Assembly (NCBI RefSeq): GCF_009914755.1
Contig: NC_060935.1
From: the human T2T-CHM13v2.0 reference genome, Homo sapiens
Direction: 5' to 3' (one strand)
Length of the DNA stretch: 64,000 nucleotides
Shown: in pieces, positions 30,656-45,843 of the stretch
How the letters are laid out: each line of letters begins with the position of its first letter
Numbering within the stretch: position 1 is the first letter of the stretch
Program-made: the position numbers and the translations under genes
Notes under the pieces: model-generated
The model's database searches: none
Seen by the model: the letters and a program-made list of their open reading frames with translations, nothing else
Told to the model about the DNA's origin: nothing

Positions 30656-32299
30656 TCTACTCTCCATTTTTATTACAGTTATTTCTGTTTTTTATTGTTG
30701 TTATTGTAAATGGACTCTTTAATATTATATTTTTAAGTGGTTAATTTTTTATATAGGAAAACTTGATTTTTATGTTGCTTTTGTAATTGACTACCTCATT
30801 AAATTCTCCTATTGTGTCTGTTGGTTAGTCTGTTGATTTTTGTAGTTTTTCTTTTAAGTTGAACTTATATAATATACAATGAATTTTCCTTTTCCTTTCC
30901 AGTATTTGCACCTCTTGGTTCATTTTCTTAACTTTTGTTGGCCAGCATTTCTAGAACAATGTTCTAGATCATTTCTGGAGCAAAATTCTTTGCTAATGGG
31001 CAATTTCGTCTTTTTCCTGACTTTCCTTGGAAAGCTCTTCATGTTTCTGCATTTGATTTGGGGCTTATATCTATCTCTAGCTAGTCTTACTTCAGGTTTT
31101 TAAAAATTGAGAATGGATGTTGAGTTTATCCCATGTCTTTTTAGCATATGTTGAGGTGAAGATAAAGTAAATCTTTGCTTTCTAATGTCTCCAGAAAAAA
31201 AAAGCGCCATCTTTTGATCTCCTAGGCTGAGCACCTACACTCAGCCACTTGGACTTTCACTTAACATGCCCCCATCCTCAGCCTCTAGACCTCAAGACCA
31301 CCCCTTTCCCTGTCCCCTGTCTCCCAGGCCTAGTGTTCTGGTGCCCAGGGTCTGTCTGGTGCACTCTGGTTCCCAGTGGGATGATGTGCTGGGCCTGGGA
31401 GGTGGTCCAGGTATCGTTTGCTTCTGGCTCTGCCTCACCCCGCCCTCTAGAGCCTGGTGCTGCCAGACACGGGCTGCAAGATCTCCGTGGGTGGATGGCT
31501 TTGCTTCTCATGGCCACTCTCTTCTGCAGGCTCCAAGGCTGTAATTTCACTCTCTCTGCCAGCAGAGGTGGAGAGATGTCTGTTGCTGCTCCCTCGCGGT
31601 TCACTTTCTGTCTTGCAGGTGGAATCGTTGCCCGCTCTTGTCTGCCACTCACTCCTTTGCTGCTTTGCCATTTCTGACTCCAGGGCAGTTCCAGAACCGG
31701 AATGACCCTCATAACTGAAGCCATTAGTATGTCGGATACAATATGTATGCATTTATGTCTCATTTTCAAATGTGCACCACTGAGCTGGCAGGAAAGTACA
31801 GAATACATTGAGCCTAAAAACAGTGAAACTGGAGACCCTGGGACCCTGGGCGCAAAGCTGGCTTTTGCCCCAAGGGTTTCCTACGCCTGGAGACCTTGAG
31901 TTTTATTGTTGATAACTTCATGGAACTGGAGGTGGGGGGGTGGGCAGGAGATCCAATAGGAGACACCTCTGAATGCTGTAGCTACAGATGGCTCACACTA
32001 AAACCGTGACTGAGACATAAGTCCACTGCACAGAGAGGGAAGGCTGAACACATGCCTCCCTCAATCTGGTGCTTGGTGGAGGGGGAGAGATGTTGCCTAG
32101 AAATTGACAGCCTTTGTGCTGGAAACCTCCCTACCTGTGTAGTATAAGACTCAGGAGAATAAGTTAATTCCATGTGGACCCAAGATGAGTTCAGGAAGTG
32201 TCCAGTCTCCAGGCAATAGACCTTCCAGAAGTTACTGTAGCACCCGCAGGCGCTGGGCACAGGCAAACAGACGTCTCTCTGGAGAAATTCACCTTCAAT

Positions 32300-34130
32300 C
32301 CAGGCTGCTCCGAATTTCTAGACGTGACATTTAAGGAAAATGAGAAGCTCAGAGTCCAGTCATAAAACATACAAGGAAATAAGGCACAATGAGTCAGAAC
32401 CAGCAAAAAAAATACAGTAGACGCAGATGTGAAAGCTCAACACAGAATAGAAGATAAGTGTTCCTAATACACTGAAGTAAATTGATGAGAAGCTCAAAAG
32501 GTAAGAAGCAGCCAATCAGAATTAGAAAAAGAGCCAAATAATAATGTGAATGAATAACAAGTAAGTTAAACATAGTTGAATAGAGAGGTATGGAACTGAA
32601 AGATAGACCTCTCCCTGCAATTATCCAGAATTTAAGCCTTAAAGAAAATCTGATGAAAACCTAAGAGACATTAAGAAACATGAGAAAAGGGTGAAAGTGG
32701 ATAACAAGGGTGGAATTCTTGTCTCAGAAGGAGATAATGGAGGTTATAGAGAAGAGGCGGTATTTGAAAGAAAATGGAAACATCCATAAGATGTTTAAAA
32801 GATGCTGTTCTCAGATACACTAACTGCAACAGATCTCAACAGGATAAACAAATAGAAATTCACATCTAGAAACATTCTTGTGAAACCGCAGAACACTAAA
32901 GACACAGAGAAATTCTCAAAAGTAGCCAAAAGGGAAAAAGACAAATTGCCCGCAGAGATTCAGCAGCTAGAGCAACTCCTGCTTCGTAGTGGTGAAGCCT
33001 GGAGCCAGGAGACGGTGGCTGGAAAAAATCCGAGGAGAGAGTCACCGGCAGCCAGGAGTGTTAGAATCAGTAAATGCATCCTTTAAGAACAAGGACAAAA
33101 TCAAGACATTTTCACACAAGCAAAAACAGTTTTTTATCATTAAAAGACTCATTAGTGGAAATTCTGAACATGTACGTTAGGCAGAAGGAAAATCATCCTA
33201 GCAGAAGCCTCGAAATTTCAAAAGGATTGGTGAAAAAGGATATTGATAAATTTGTGGATACGTGTCAACAAATGGGACTGTATGAAACATAATGTCTAGT
33301 GTGTAGTAAAAAGTAGGCCAGCCCTAAATCACTGCATAGCTGTGCGTGTAAATTAGGGCAATGCTCTGTAGGAGGGTAAAGATAAAGATACTGATCAATT
33401 TTTGACTTTAGTTGAGAGACACAGAAAATTTCTAGGGTAGCCACTAAAAGAAAAGATATAGAACATATGATTGTCAAAATAGCAGGCAGAAGAAAAGAAG
33501 ACTAAAAAGGAAAAAATGAAATAATTCCAAATAAAGCATAAATGGAAGTGAGTTCTTTAAAAGTCCAGTAGAAAAAGTAGGACTCAGAGATAGCACATAA
33601 GACAGAATAAATCTGTCAGTAGTCACTACAAATAAAAATGGATACAATAATTTGATTAAAAGACAGAGGTCATTATTCTGGATTAAATGAAAATCCAGGA
33701 ATAGGCTGAAACCATATTGTAATTAACAATACATTTTGGCAAGTTTGCTGGATGATAAAACCAACCAAAAGCCAGGTTCATTTCATTTACCAGCAACATT
33801 CAGTCAGAACATGTAACTTTAAGAAAGATACCATTTATGACAGCAGGAAAAGTGCTTATGGCTAACTATAACCAGAGATGTGTAAGCCCTGTATGGGAAA
33901 AAATGATAAAATTTTATGGGAGGGCATTATTGACTACTGAGCTAAATGGAGATTGCCTGTGTGTGTGAAAAGGAAGGCACAGTGTGAAAAGCATTCATCT
34001 CCCCTAAGTTGATCTGTGGATTCAGTGTAGTTTCCATAAGAATCTGAACAGGAAATTCAATAAACTGGCTCTAATATTTCCATGGAAGAGCAAAAGGCCA
34101 CAAATAGCTAAGATACTCATGAAGACCAAA
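32300..34130 (+). mobile_element. Ancient L1M fragments
   Basis: A-rich L1-like decayed ORF1/ORF2 sequence. Confidence 0.6.
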
Positions 34131-34135
34131 CGAAA

Positions 34136-34905
34136 GGCCAGGTGTGGTGGCTCATGCCTGTAATCCCAGCACTTTGGGAGGCCAAAGTGGTCAGAAGTTC
34201 AGGATTCGAGACCAGCTCAGAAGTTCGAGACCAGCCTGGGCAACGTGGTGAAACCCCCTCTCTACCAAAGAAAATACAAAAATCAGCTGGGCGTTGTGGT
34301 GTGCACCTGTGGTCCTAGCTGCCAGGACCAGCTTGGTTGTGGAGACCCTAATCCCGCAGCACTAGAGGAATTAAAGACACACACAGAGAAATGTAGAGTG
34401 TGGAGTGGGAATCAGGGGGCTGACAACCTTCAGAGCTGAGAGCCATGAACAGAGTTTTACCCACATATTTATTGACAGCAAGCCAGTGATAAGCATTGTT
34501 TCTTTAGATTATAGATTAAAACGGGAAACAAAGGGATGGGCTCTGGCTAGTTATCTGCAGCAGGAACATGTCCTTAAGGCACAGATCACTCATGCTATTG
34601 TTTGTGGTTCAGGAACGCCTTAAGCGGTTTTCCGCCCTGGGTGGGCCAGGTGTTTGTTGCCCTCATTCTGGGAAGCCAACAACCTTCAGCATGGGCGTCA
34701 TAGCCATCACGAGCATGTCACAGTGCTGCAGAGATTTTGTTTATAGATCTGGGGGCCTGTTCCCAACACCAGCTACCTGGGATGCTGAAGTGGGAGGATC
34801 ACTTGAGCCCATGAGGTTGAGCCTGCAGCAAACTGTGATTGTGCCACTACTCTCTAGCCCAGAAGACAGAACAAGAGCCTGTCTCAGAAAAAAAAAAAAA
34901 AAAAA
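34136..34905 (+). mobile_element. AluJ split by MER9 LTR
   Basis: Alu breaks at tgtggtcctagc and resumes ccagctacctgg. Confidence 0.85.
34320..34768 (-). mobile_element. MER9 (HERV-K HML-3) solo LTR
   Basis: Reverse 5' end TGTTGGGAACAGGCCCCCAGATCT...AAACAAAATCTCTGCAGCACTGTGACATG; TSD c(t/c)agc. Confidence 0.85.
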
Positions 34906-34909
34906 GACG

Positions 34910-35266
34910 TGTGTTAGTCCGTTTTCATGCTGCTGATAAAGACATACCCAAGACTGGGTAATTTGTAAAGAAAAAGAACTTTAATAAACTCACAGTTCCG
35001 TGTGGCTGGGGAGGCCTCACAATCACGGCAGAAGGCGAAAGCCATGTCTTACATAGCGGCAGACAAGAGAGAATGAGAGCCAAGCAAAAAGGGAAACCCA
35101 TTGTAAAAGCATCAAATCTCCTAAGGCTTACTGCCATGAGAACAGTATGGGGGAACCTGCCCCATGATTCAATTATCTCCCACCGGGTCCCTCCCACAAC
35201 ATGTGGGAATTACAGGAGCTATGATTCAAGATGAGATTTGGGTGGGGACACAGCCAGACCATATCA
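34910..35266 (-). mobile_element. THE1 MaLR LTR
   Basis: ttagtccgttttcatgctgctgataaagacatacc...cacagccagaccatatca. Confidence 0.9.
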
Positions 35267-37409
35267 GCGCACCTGGGTGCATGAGTGATCTGTGCCTTAA
35301 GGACATGTTCCTGTGTTGAAGTACAAAGATAGGCAAGATTTGATGCGGGGAGCACTTCCAAGGAGAGAGCAGCGCACGCTGGGGGCTCGGAGGTCCAGGC
35401 GATGCTCTGCTCCTTCACCTGGGTACTGTGTGCACTGGGCTTATTTTAATATCCTTTAATTACACATGTGTGCCTTGGTACTCTTTTGCATAATATATTT
35501 TGCAATAAAATTAATCCATAAAGGAAGTCTGTGGCCAAACAGATTTTAGCATTTCTGCAGGAGCCAGCTTTTCCTGCTTAGGTGCCGTGGGATGTCTCTA
35601 TTACTCCTGAGGTTCAGTAGCTCCAGCAAATGGCTTGGGGATTCTCCTTATTTTTTATGATACCTGTAAGGTTTTTTGACTCCACATTCAGGTCTTCTTA
35701 TTTCAGGAAAGTTTACCTATTTTCTGCTTCCAAAGGCTTTCGTTCTTTTGCTTCTGTTCTGTTCTTCAGGAACCTCGATGGCTGGCAAGTGACATGTCTG
35801 TGTCTGCCTGCCTTATCTTTCATCTTCTTTCTAACCATCACTGTCTTCGTTTATTTGTATTTTTTTTCTGGCAGTTTCATTCCCCTGAATTTGTCTTCTC
35901 TGCAGTGCTCTTCACAGGGCTCTATCCTGTGCTTTGTTTTCTTATCTGCAAGTATTTTAAGACTTCAAATTCTTTTCTTAGTTGTAAACTTATCTCCTGT
36001 CATTTATTTGTGCTTTTGTTGAGAAATTTTATCAGTTGATGTTGTCTTTAGGATTTCAGAGCATAAGTGTGGGGCTCCTGTTCCTTCTTCCCCGTTCGTT
36101 TCATGAACGCCTCGGTGTCAGGTGTCACACTGGGCCCTCTGGGATGGTATTCCTTTCATCCCCGTGGAAGAGGTGGCAGGAAGGTGAGGCTGGAGCCCAC
36201 CAGAAGCAACTGTACATTTTGGTTCACTTAGAGAAAGCTGAGGTTTCTAATCCTCTGGGAGCTGTGCCGAATGATGACAAGAAATGGTCATGTTCAGCAT
36301 GCCCCTGCTTTAGTAAAGAGTACTTGGCAGGCTCAAGGAGCCATTCCAGGTTCCAGGTCCTCTTAGGAAAACATAACTAAGGCCTGGTCCTTGCCTGCAG
36401 AGAGCCATCCTCAAGGTGTGCGCTGGCTGTGGAGCACAGCTGCAGTGAGGAGCAAGGCCGGGTACATGCCTGTCCCGCTGGGTCTTTGTTCCGGTGTCCA
36501 GGGTGTCTTTGCATGAGTCGAGGGAAAGGTGCAGATGAAGGGAGAGATGTTTGGACGGTTCCTGCATTTAAAATGCATTTCGGTGCAGCAGCATCGCCGT
36601 CAACAGGCTACAGAGGGTGAATGGAGTGCTCAATATGGGATGGCGAGGCAGCCTGCAGTTCTGTAGGATATCTTCCTGTCCCCGTTCCCTACGTGAATGA
36701 GGGGGAAAGACATCATTGACTCAGTTTCTCAACCTTTAACATTTCTTAAGTAGAGAGAACTACTAAAACCATGCCCAGAAGGCTCCTGGGAATTCTAAGA
36801 AAGCAAAAAGGAAACGGAGTTCCTTGCAGATCTGAGTGGTGCATCTCGTAACAGCCTATTGGAAGTCAAATGCGTGAACTGTCTGTTTTGAAGATTCCGC
36901 CTCTTGGTGGAGCTTCTTGGGACACCTTGCACTAAAGTTGGTATTAAACCCTCCTCCTGATTTCTCGAATTGAGAGCATCATTTTATTCCAGGGATGATA
37001 CTGGTTTGTCATTGTGTTTCGGGTTAATGCCACACGATTTTTCTGATTCAGTAACAGCGATCAGGAATTCCACCTGGATTTCTCCATGAGGCAACGTGGC
37101 CAGTTCTCAGCAAATCCCCTGTGACACATCTCTCAGTAAAGATGAACATGAGCGTGTGGGGAAACTGAGGCAGCCCGAAGCTCGGAGAGCCCAGCCCACC
37201 ACCATGTCACATAGTCTCCTCAAGCCACCTTCATACTCTTTTCTTTTTACCTGAATGCGATTGTTTATTGCATTGGGGGGAACGCTTGGCAGTTCCTTTG
37301 CCAGTTCATCAGTTCGGAGGGTTCAGTTTGAGTTTTGTTTAAATGTAGCCGCCATTCCTCATTTGTCCTGAGATGCTCATCCTCAGCTTCTTGGTGTTTT
37401 CCTCTCCAG

Positions 37410-37461
37410 GCACACAGAGGAGTACTTTCTGCCTCGGATGATACAGGACCTGACAAAGCAG
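37410..37461 (+). CDS. NADSYN1: NADSYN1 exon 6
   Basis: HTEEYFLPRMIQDLTKQ. Confidence 0.98.
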
Positions 37462-38208
37462 GTGAGTCCCTGGGTGTGGAGCCCGTTTTTCAGTCGGTTG
37501 TCGCTGTTCTCGGCCAACAGTGGACCAGGTGGGGCGGGAACGCTTTGGGATCCAGGTAACGGAAGGCACCACAGTGCTCACAGGTCTGAAACAGACAAAG
37601 GAGGCAGGTTCCTATAGTGAGGGGGGCTGCGTGGCCAGACAGCAGCCAGGGCGGCTCCTCCTTGCCTTGGGGCTGCTTTTCCTCCCTTCCCCCGCTCACA
37701 CTGGCTTCCTCCTCTTCATTTCCTCCTTGTGGCAGAAGACAGCCTTCTCCATCCCCAGGGGCTATGTTCTGACATTTAAGTGTTATCTAGACCAACAGCA
37801 AAATGCCCTACTCTCAATTTTGAATTCTAAGGGAAGGCACCCTGGTGTCCCCTCTCAGCCACTGCCTTGTGGCTGGGAGTGGGGGCCTAGCTTCATCAGC
37901 ACAGGGCAGCAGCTGCTTCAGTGTGATCACAGGACAGGGTCGCTTCAGAAGCTGCTGGCCCCAATTGGCAGCCCCATCGATGTCCGTGACATTCTGCCCC
38001 TTGGCTGCTCAGAGTACAGGCGTCCCCTTCTTCCACACATAGGCTCCTAAGGGCGTCTCTGCCTGGCACCACCCGGTGTCCCATGCGCAGCCGCAGGGCA
38101 CCCAACTCTTCGGAATGTGCGAGAGCCCAGAGCCAACTCCAGCTCTTGTGGCTGCAGGATGTCCGTGGCCCTAGGTAGTGCGTGGCCCAGACAGGGCATG
38201 GCTAGTGA

Positions 38209-38920
<712 letters not shown>

Positions 38921-39325
38921 TGAGGCGTAGGGAACACCCGTACGTTTGCTGCTCCTGCTGTTGGGCAGTGAGACGTGCGAGGGGCAGTGCTGGTTCATCC
39001 TTCACGGGGCAGATGTGGGTCTAGCTGAGCCGCGTTTGAGTCTTGGCTTCATCATGCAGAGCTTTCTTTGGCTTGTCTGAACCTCATCATGCCTGAGGGA
39101 GGTGATGGGGTCTGCCTTGTAGGGTTGTTGTGAAGGAAAAACAAATGTTTTGTGTAGAGCCTGGCACCTAGCAAGGCGGGGCTCGCCGCAGCTTCACAGG
39201 TCTGTGCTTCCCCACACATATGCGTTATCTCTGCGGTGGTGGGACCACTCAGGATGACCTAGCGGGACTCGGCGGAGGTTCCTGTACTTGGGCAGGTGGC
39301 AGGTGAGGGTGGTGGACACAGCTGA

Positions 39326-39759
<434 letters not shown>

Positions 39760-40677
39760 CTGATGGCCTCAAATTTACCTGGTTGGTGAGGGGGGACCTC
39801 CCGCCCTCGGGTCTGGAGACAGCTGAACCCCGACACACAGCACATAGTAGTGGACGGATGAGGTTGAGGGCAGCTTACGAGTCCTGCGTTCCCACAGTGC
39901 GGGAGGAGGGCTCCGTGCCACGCAGGGCCAGGTGGGAGTGTGCTCAGGAACAGAGGGGACGGCCCCCGCTGTGGGAGGCGGGCTCTGTGGTGATGAGAGG
40001 ATGGGTGCCGCCTGGCCCCTGCGGGTGGGTGTCGTTGGTTTGTTTGAATTCCGAGGGCTGGCAGGGAACCAAAGCCACTCCTTTGAAATTAGCAGGCTCC
40101 ATGGCCCCTGAGACAGGTCCAGGGATCCCATGTATGGTGAGGCCGTTCAAGGCCCTGTCTGTCTTCCTTGGGTGTTGAGGCCACATATACTCATCTGAGG
40201 CCTTATGCCACGCTGCCCCTGAGTCCTGGGAAGCAGAAGTGGAGACCCCAGGACACTCTGGTCAGGGAGGCTTTGTTCTGTGGGGATCTCTGAGCACACA
40301 GCGGCCAGCTGCGTGAGGGAGGGCCCTGGGGGAGCTGTGAGTTACAGGTCGGAAGCGCCATTGCTATCCCGAAGCGACACAGATATGTGGATGCTCCGAG
40401 GAAGGAGATGACAGAGAACAAAGCTAAGAACCCTGCTTGGCACATTCCTCACCAGCAACTGAGCTGCCGCTTGGAATGGGGTTCAGGACCTTGTTGGGGC
40501 CCCAGATTCCTTTGGGAAGCTGATGAAAGCTCTGCACATTCTGCGGCTAAAGATGCGCATTAGCACAGGGCAAGGCTTCCCAGGTAATCGTTATCGCCAT
40601 GGAGGCAAACTTCCTCCACAGAGAAGGGACCACAGTTGGAAAGTCCTTGGGGAGGTTTGGGCCACTCTCCCTTTCGG

Positions 40678-40974
40678 TTGTTTGTTTGTTTTTGAGATGG
40701 AGTCTTGCTCTGTCACCCAGGCTGGAGTGCAGTGGCGCAATCTTGGCTCGCTGCAACCTCCGCCCCATGTTAAAGCAATTCTGCCTCAGCCTCCCAAGTA
40801 GCTGGGACTACAGACCCATGCTGCCATGCCCAGCTAATTTTTTTGTATTTACTTAGTAGAGACAGGGTTTCACTGTGTTGCCCCGGCTGGTCGCAAACTC
40901 CTGAGCTCAGGCAATCCACGCACCTCAGCCTCCCAAAGTGCTGGGATTACAGGTGTGAGCCACCGCACCCGGCC
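40678..40974 (-). mobile_element. AluS
   Basis: Full dimer. Confidence 0.9.
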
Positions 40975-42964
40975 TCTCTTTCTGTTTTTGAAGCAAACAA
41001 GAAAAAATGGGCTATTATTGCCACAAATGGAAACAAATCCCAAGTGCACAAATACAACAAAAAGTAACTTTTAGTTCTGCCCCAAGCCGGCGTGGGTGGG
41101 AGCGTCTCCACTCTCGGGCTCAGACCACACGCGGGTCCACAGCACTGCCTCCCACACACAGCATTGCCTGACTCGTCTTTGGACCCGACGGCCTTCCACT
41201 CTGCTCTTTTTGGGAATGGGCATTAAAGCAGCGGATTCACCGAGGCAGGCGGTAGCACCGGAGGCGAGTTCTGCAGCTGGCTTTGCAGGAGCAGGGCGAG
41301 CTTGTGTCCTGGCGTCGCCGACTCTGCGAGGCTGTCTGAGCAGTTCATTGCTTTGCTCCCGCTGCGTTCCCATCCTCATGATTCTGTCTGGTGCTTTCTG
41401 CACAGCATAGGTGTGGTCAGCACGGAGGCGGTTACAAAACCAAACCAGTTTCATAGTGGACCAAGTGAACTTCACCCTGAACAAGAATTCCACGGTCTTT
41501 TCAGGGGTTTCTTGCACGGGGGCAGGCAAGGGTGTGGCCGTCTCGACTCCAGGCCCTGCTTTCCACATGACAGTGTCCCCAGAGGCCTCCTTGTGCTTCA
41601 TCATTAACCGCGACAGAGCTGGAAGGGCTTTGAAGAGAAGGATTAAGTTCCTGCTGATGGGAAGTGTGGTCCTCTCCCCGTTCCCCACGTCAGAGCCACA
41701 GGCACATTGGTGGTCGTGTTGATTGGCAGGTGTGTTGGCAATCAATCACCTGCCCCAGGACCCCCGCAGGTTCCCGGCCCCACATCAAGCCACCAAATCG
41801 GAGTCCTCGGGGGTCTGTATATTTAGTGAGCACCAGGCAGTTGTTTCGTGCATTAGAATCCGGGAGCCGTTGCCTTACACGTCTCTAGAGTTCCTGATGT
41901 TGCCTGAGAGCTCCGTCGTAGGCTGTGGCCACAGGCCTGCTGTATTCAGAGTGGCCGCGCTGTCCTCAGGCTCGGGCCACTGCCCTCCACCAGGTCCTCC
42001 GTGGTGCACCTGAAATGGTCAACAGAAGTCTTGTGACACGTGGAATCATTTCAGAGTCACCCCTTCTGCCTCCTGCTCAAGCAACAGACCTGCCGATCAC
42101 CCCCGTCGGGCCCGCGTTTCTCAGGGTCTTCCTAATCCCCTGGGCTTTCCGGCTTGTCGTGTGCCTGGAGTCAGGCCGCCGTGCGGCAGGCTGTTAACCT
42201 AGCCTCGGGGAGAGTGGGATGGAGCCACCTTCTCATGGAACGATCCTCGCCTTCCCTCATCTCCATTGTTTTATGGCTTCACACGGACCGTGGCTTTCTG
42301 CATGGAAGCTTGGTGGCCAGGGTGCTGTCACTTTGGGAAGCAGCCAGAGAACCACAGGATGCGTGAATCGGTCTCCTTGTCTTCATGGGCATCTCCGGCC
42401 AGGTATGGCCCCCTGTTACAGCGGTAGGAGCAAGGGGCGCGCAAGGTGGCCACGGCCATCCTGTGAACCGCCGCAGTGGTGCAGGTGCTGTTCCCGCTGT
42501 CCCACACTCGTGTTTAGCAAGGCAACACTCAGGAACACAATTTGATAAAGATATTTTTTCATGAAGGAATAACCCCTATGAGTTAAAACCTCATTTCTGC
42601 ATATACCGCAATTGGCAGAACCCCTACCATAGCCGGGTTCAAAGGCAGGGCAGTGTCACCTCCTGTGACACAGGCAGCACGTCCAGGCCAAGACCCTGGT
42701 GTGGATGCCGGGGCTGCGGCTCCGCCTCTGCCCTCCCCCAGCTCCATCCTCCTTTGTGTTGGCCTCAGTCTCAGGTTGCTTCTCCAGCTCCGCCCTCCTC
42801 TGTGTTGGCCTGTCTCAGATTGCCTCTCCTCGTGGGCATGGGATGTTTGCCCCAGCTCCAGCCATCCCATCTTCACACAGCCACATGCAGAGGCAGCAAA
42901 GTGGCCTTGGCTCCTTGCGTGTCTTTTTGATGAGAGGGGTGTTCCCAGAAGTCGCTGGCAGAGG

Positions 42965-43115
42965 CTTACTGACACTGGGGTGTCTTACTGACAGGGGTGT
43001 GTCTTACTGACATGGGGGTGTCTTACTGACATGGGGGTGTCTTACTGACAGGGGTGTCTTACTGACAGGGGTGTGTCTTACTGACGGGGTGTGTCTTATT
43101 GACAGGGTGGTGTCT
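42965..43115. repeat. ~18-20-bp minisatellite (tcttactgacaggggtg)
   Basis: About 8 degenerate copies. Confidence 0.9.
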
Positions 43116-43343
43116 TGTGCTGTGATTAGTGGGTCACTGGCAAGTGTCTGAATGAAGTGGAGGTTCCGGTGGCAACAGTGACGGGGAAGGGCTATGGGTC
43201 CGCCTCAATGTCATCTGCCCCATCCCTGGGCCTCCAGGAATCCAGGGTCTCAGCCCCTGCTTTAGAAGGTGTGACAACACCTTTGACAGTGGCCAAATTA
43301 CACGTGGGAGTTGAACAAACGGGAAATCACGGGTTCTCTTTGA

Positions 43344-43517
<174 letters not shown>

Positions 43518-44054
43518 TGAGGGTGCAGTGCCTGAAAAGTCTGACAGGGAAGTTCCGGACTTCCCGAGCGTGGAAAGGGGCTGGTGCCGCAGACAGAACC
43601 TGCTTCCATCTGTTCCCCGTCATCCTCTGCTTGGGCCAGGCCCTGAGCTGGGGTGAGCTGGGGACAGGCAGGCAGAGAGGCTGACGAGACAGTCAGCGTG
43701 CTAGGGGCTGCCACACAAGGAAGACCCAAGCAGCCTTGGAGCCCAGGAAGGCCTCAAGGTGAGGGGTGGCAAGCGTGGTAGGAACAGGCACACAGTGTGC
43801 AGCCGAGGCTGGTCCCCACTTCGGCAGTTGGAGGCAAGGTCCAAGGCACAAGTGAGCCTGTGTCTGAGACCCTGGGATGCAAGTAACGCCCCTCCTGCAG
43901 CCCGAGGTCCTGCTGCTGGTAACCTGGAGCTCTGCGTTTCTGCAGGACATCGTCACAAATAGGATGTCCAACTGAGCAGCTGTCATGAGACAGTGATTTT
44001 TGCAAACATTGAAGAAGTGTGATGCTCATAACAGAGCGGACTCTTCTGCTGTTG

Positions 44055-44358
44055 ATTGATTGAGACAGGGTCTCATTCCGTCGCCCAGGCTTGAGTGCAG
44101 TGGTACCATCACAGCTCACCGCAGCCTGGACCTCTGGGGCTCAAGTGATCCTCCCACCTCAGCCTCCTGAGTAGCTGAGACAACAGACACACACCACCAT
44201 GCCCAACTAATTTTTGATTTTTTTTAATTTTTTTTTTTTTTTAGAGACAGAGTCTCACTATGTTGCCTAGGATGGTCTTGAACTCCTGGGCTAAAGCAAT
44301 CCTCTTGCCTCGGCCTCCCAAAGTGTTGGAATTACAGGCGTGAACTACCGTGCCCAGC
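44055..44358 (-). mobile_element. AluJ
   Basis: Alu dimer. Confidence 0.85.
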
Positions 44359-44670
44359 CTTTTTTTCATAGCAGTTTTATTAAGTTGTATTTGCCATACC
44401 ACCCAATGTATCCATTTAAGCACCTGATTCAGTGGTTTTTCATGTACTCATGGAGTTATGCAGCCACAATCTTAGCGCATTTTCATTACCCCAAAAAGAA
44501 ACTGTACCCATTATGCACCCCGTTCCCCTCCTCCGGTCCTGGCAACCACGAGTCTACTGTCTGTCTTCATGGATTTGCCTATTCTCGACGTTTCATTGGG
44601 ATGAAATCACACAGTGTATGGCTTCCACACTTTACTGTGCTGTTGTCAAGGTTTATCTATGTGTTGGGTG

Positions 44671-44884
44671 CAGCCACCCCTTGGTATCCACAGGGATTGG
44701 ACCCAGGAGCCTGCACCGATCCCCTGCAGGGATGCCTGTGTCCCACAGTGCCCCCTGCAAAACTCACTGATATGAAGAGTCGGCCCTCTGTATCCATGGG
44801 CTTCAGATCCCGTGATTACTGTATCTTCTGTCTGTGTGCAGTTGAATCTGCGGGTGTAGAACCCACAGACACAGGGAGTGGCTG
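44671..44884. mobile_element. MER8-like Tigger DNA transposon within old L1
   Basis: cagcca...tggctg terminal inverted repeats; agtcggccctctgtatccatggg. Confidence 0.65.
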
Positions 44885-45114
44885 TAGCTTATCCCTTTGT
44901 ATGGTCAGAGAGTGTTCCGTAGCGGGGATGGACACGTGTTCATTCACTCTTCCACTGATGGGCATCGGGAATGTTTCCACTTTCTGTCTATCATTAACAA
45001 TTCTGCTACAAACATACATGTACTTCTGTTGGAGGGGACACATGTTTTCATTTCTCTTGGGTGTGTCTATCCAGGAGTGGAATTGGCTGGGTCTTATGGT
45101 AACTCTGTTAACTG

Positions 45115-45436
45115 TTTTTTGCTTTTTGGTTTTTTGTTTGTTTTTTGAGACGGAGTTTCACCCTTGCTGTGAACTACCATAGGCTGGAGTACAATGGCGC
45201 AATCCCAGCTCAGCACAACCTCTGCCTCGTAGATTCAAGTGAGTCTCCGGTCTCAGCCTCCCTAGTAGCTGGGATTACAGGCTTCCACCACCATGCCCGG
45301 CTAATTTTTGTAATTTTAGTAGAGACAGGGTTTCATCATATTGGTCTGGCTGGTCTCGAACTCCTGACCTCAGGTGATCCACCTGCCTCAGCCTCCCAAA
45401 GTGCTGGGATTACAGGTGTGAGCCACCGTGCCTGGC
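45115..45436 (-). mobile_element. AluS
   Basis: Alu dimer. Confidence 0.9.
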
Positions 45437-45718
45437 TCTGTTTAGCCTTTGAGGAGCTGCCAGAGCGTTTGCCACACAGCTGCACCATGGTAGTTTCCAG
45501 GCAGCCAGGTTTGAGAATCCCGGTTTCTCACCCCTCACCAGCACCTGTTGCCATTGGTCGCTTTGCTTCTCGCCATCCTCGTGGGAGTGAGGGTGGCCTC
45601 ACTGTGGTTTTGACATGCGTTTCTGTGGCTGATGGAGTCCTGCTTGTCTGTCGGTCCTGGGGACCCAGAGGGTTTCCGTGAAGCTGGGAGTCATTCTGTC
45701 TTGAATCTCCATTGCCAG

Positions 45719-45843
45719 GCCAGCAGGGCGAGCCCCTACCCCAGAGTGAAGGTGGACTTTGCCCTCTCGTGCCACGAGGACTTGCTGGCACCCATCTCTG
45801 AGCCCATCGAGTGGAAATACCACAGCCCTGAGGAGGAGATAAG
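45719..45843 (+). CDS. NADSYN1: NADSYN1 exon 11
   Basis: [18 protein letters not shown]...HSPEEEI. Confidence 0.98.
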
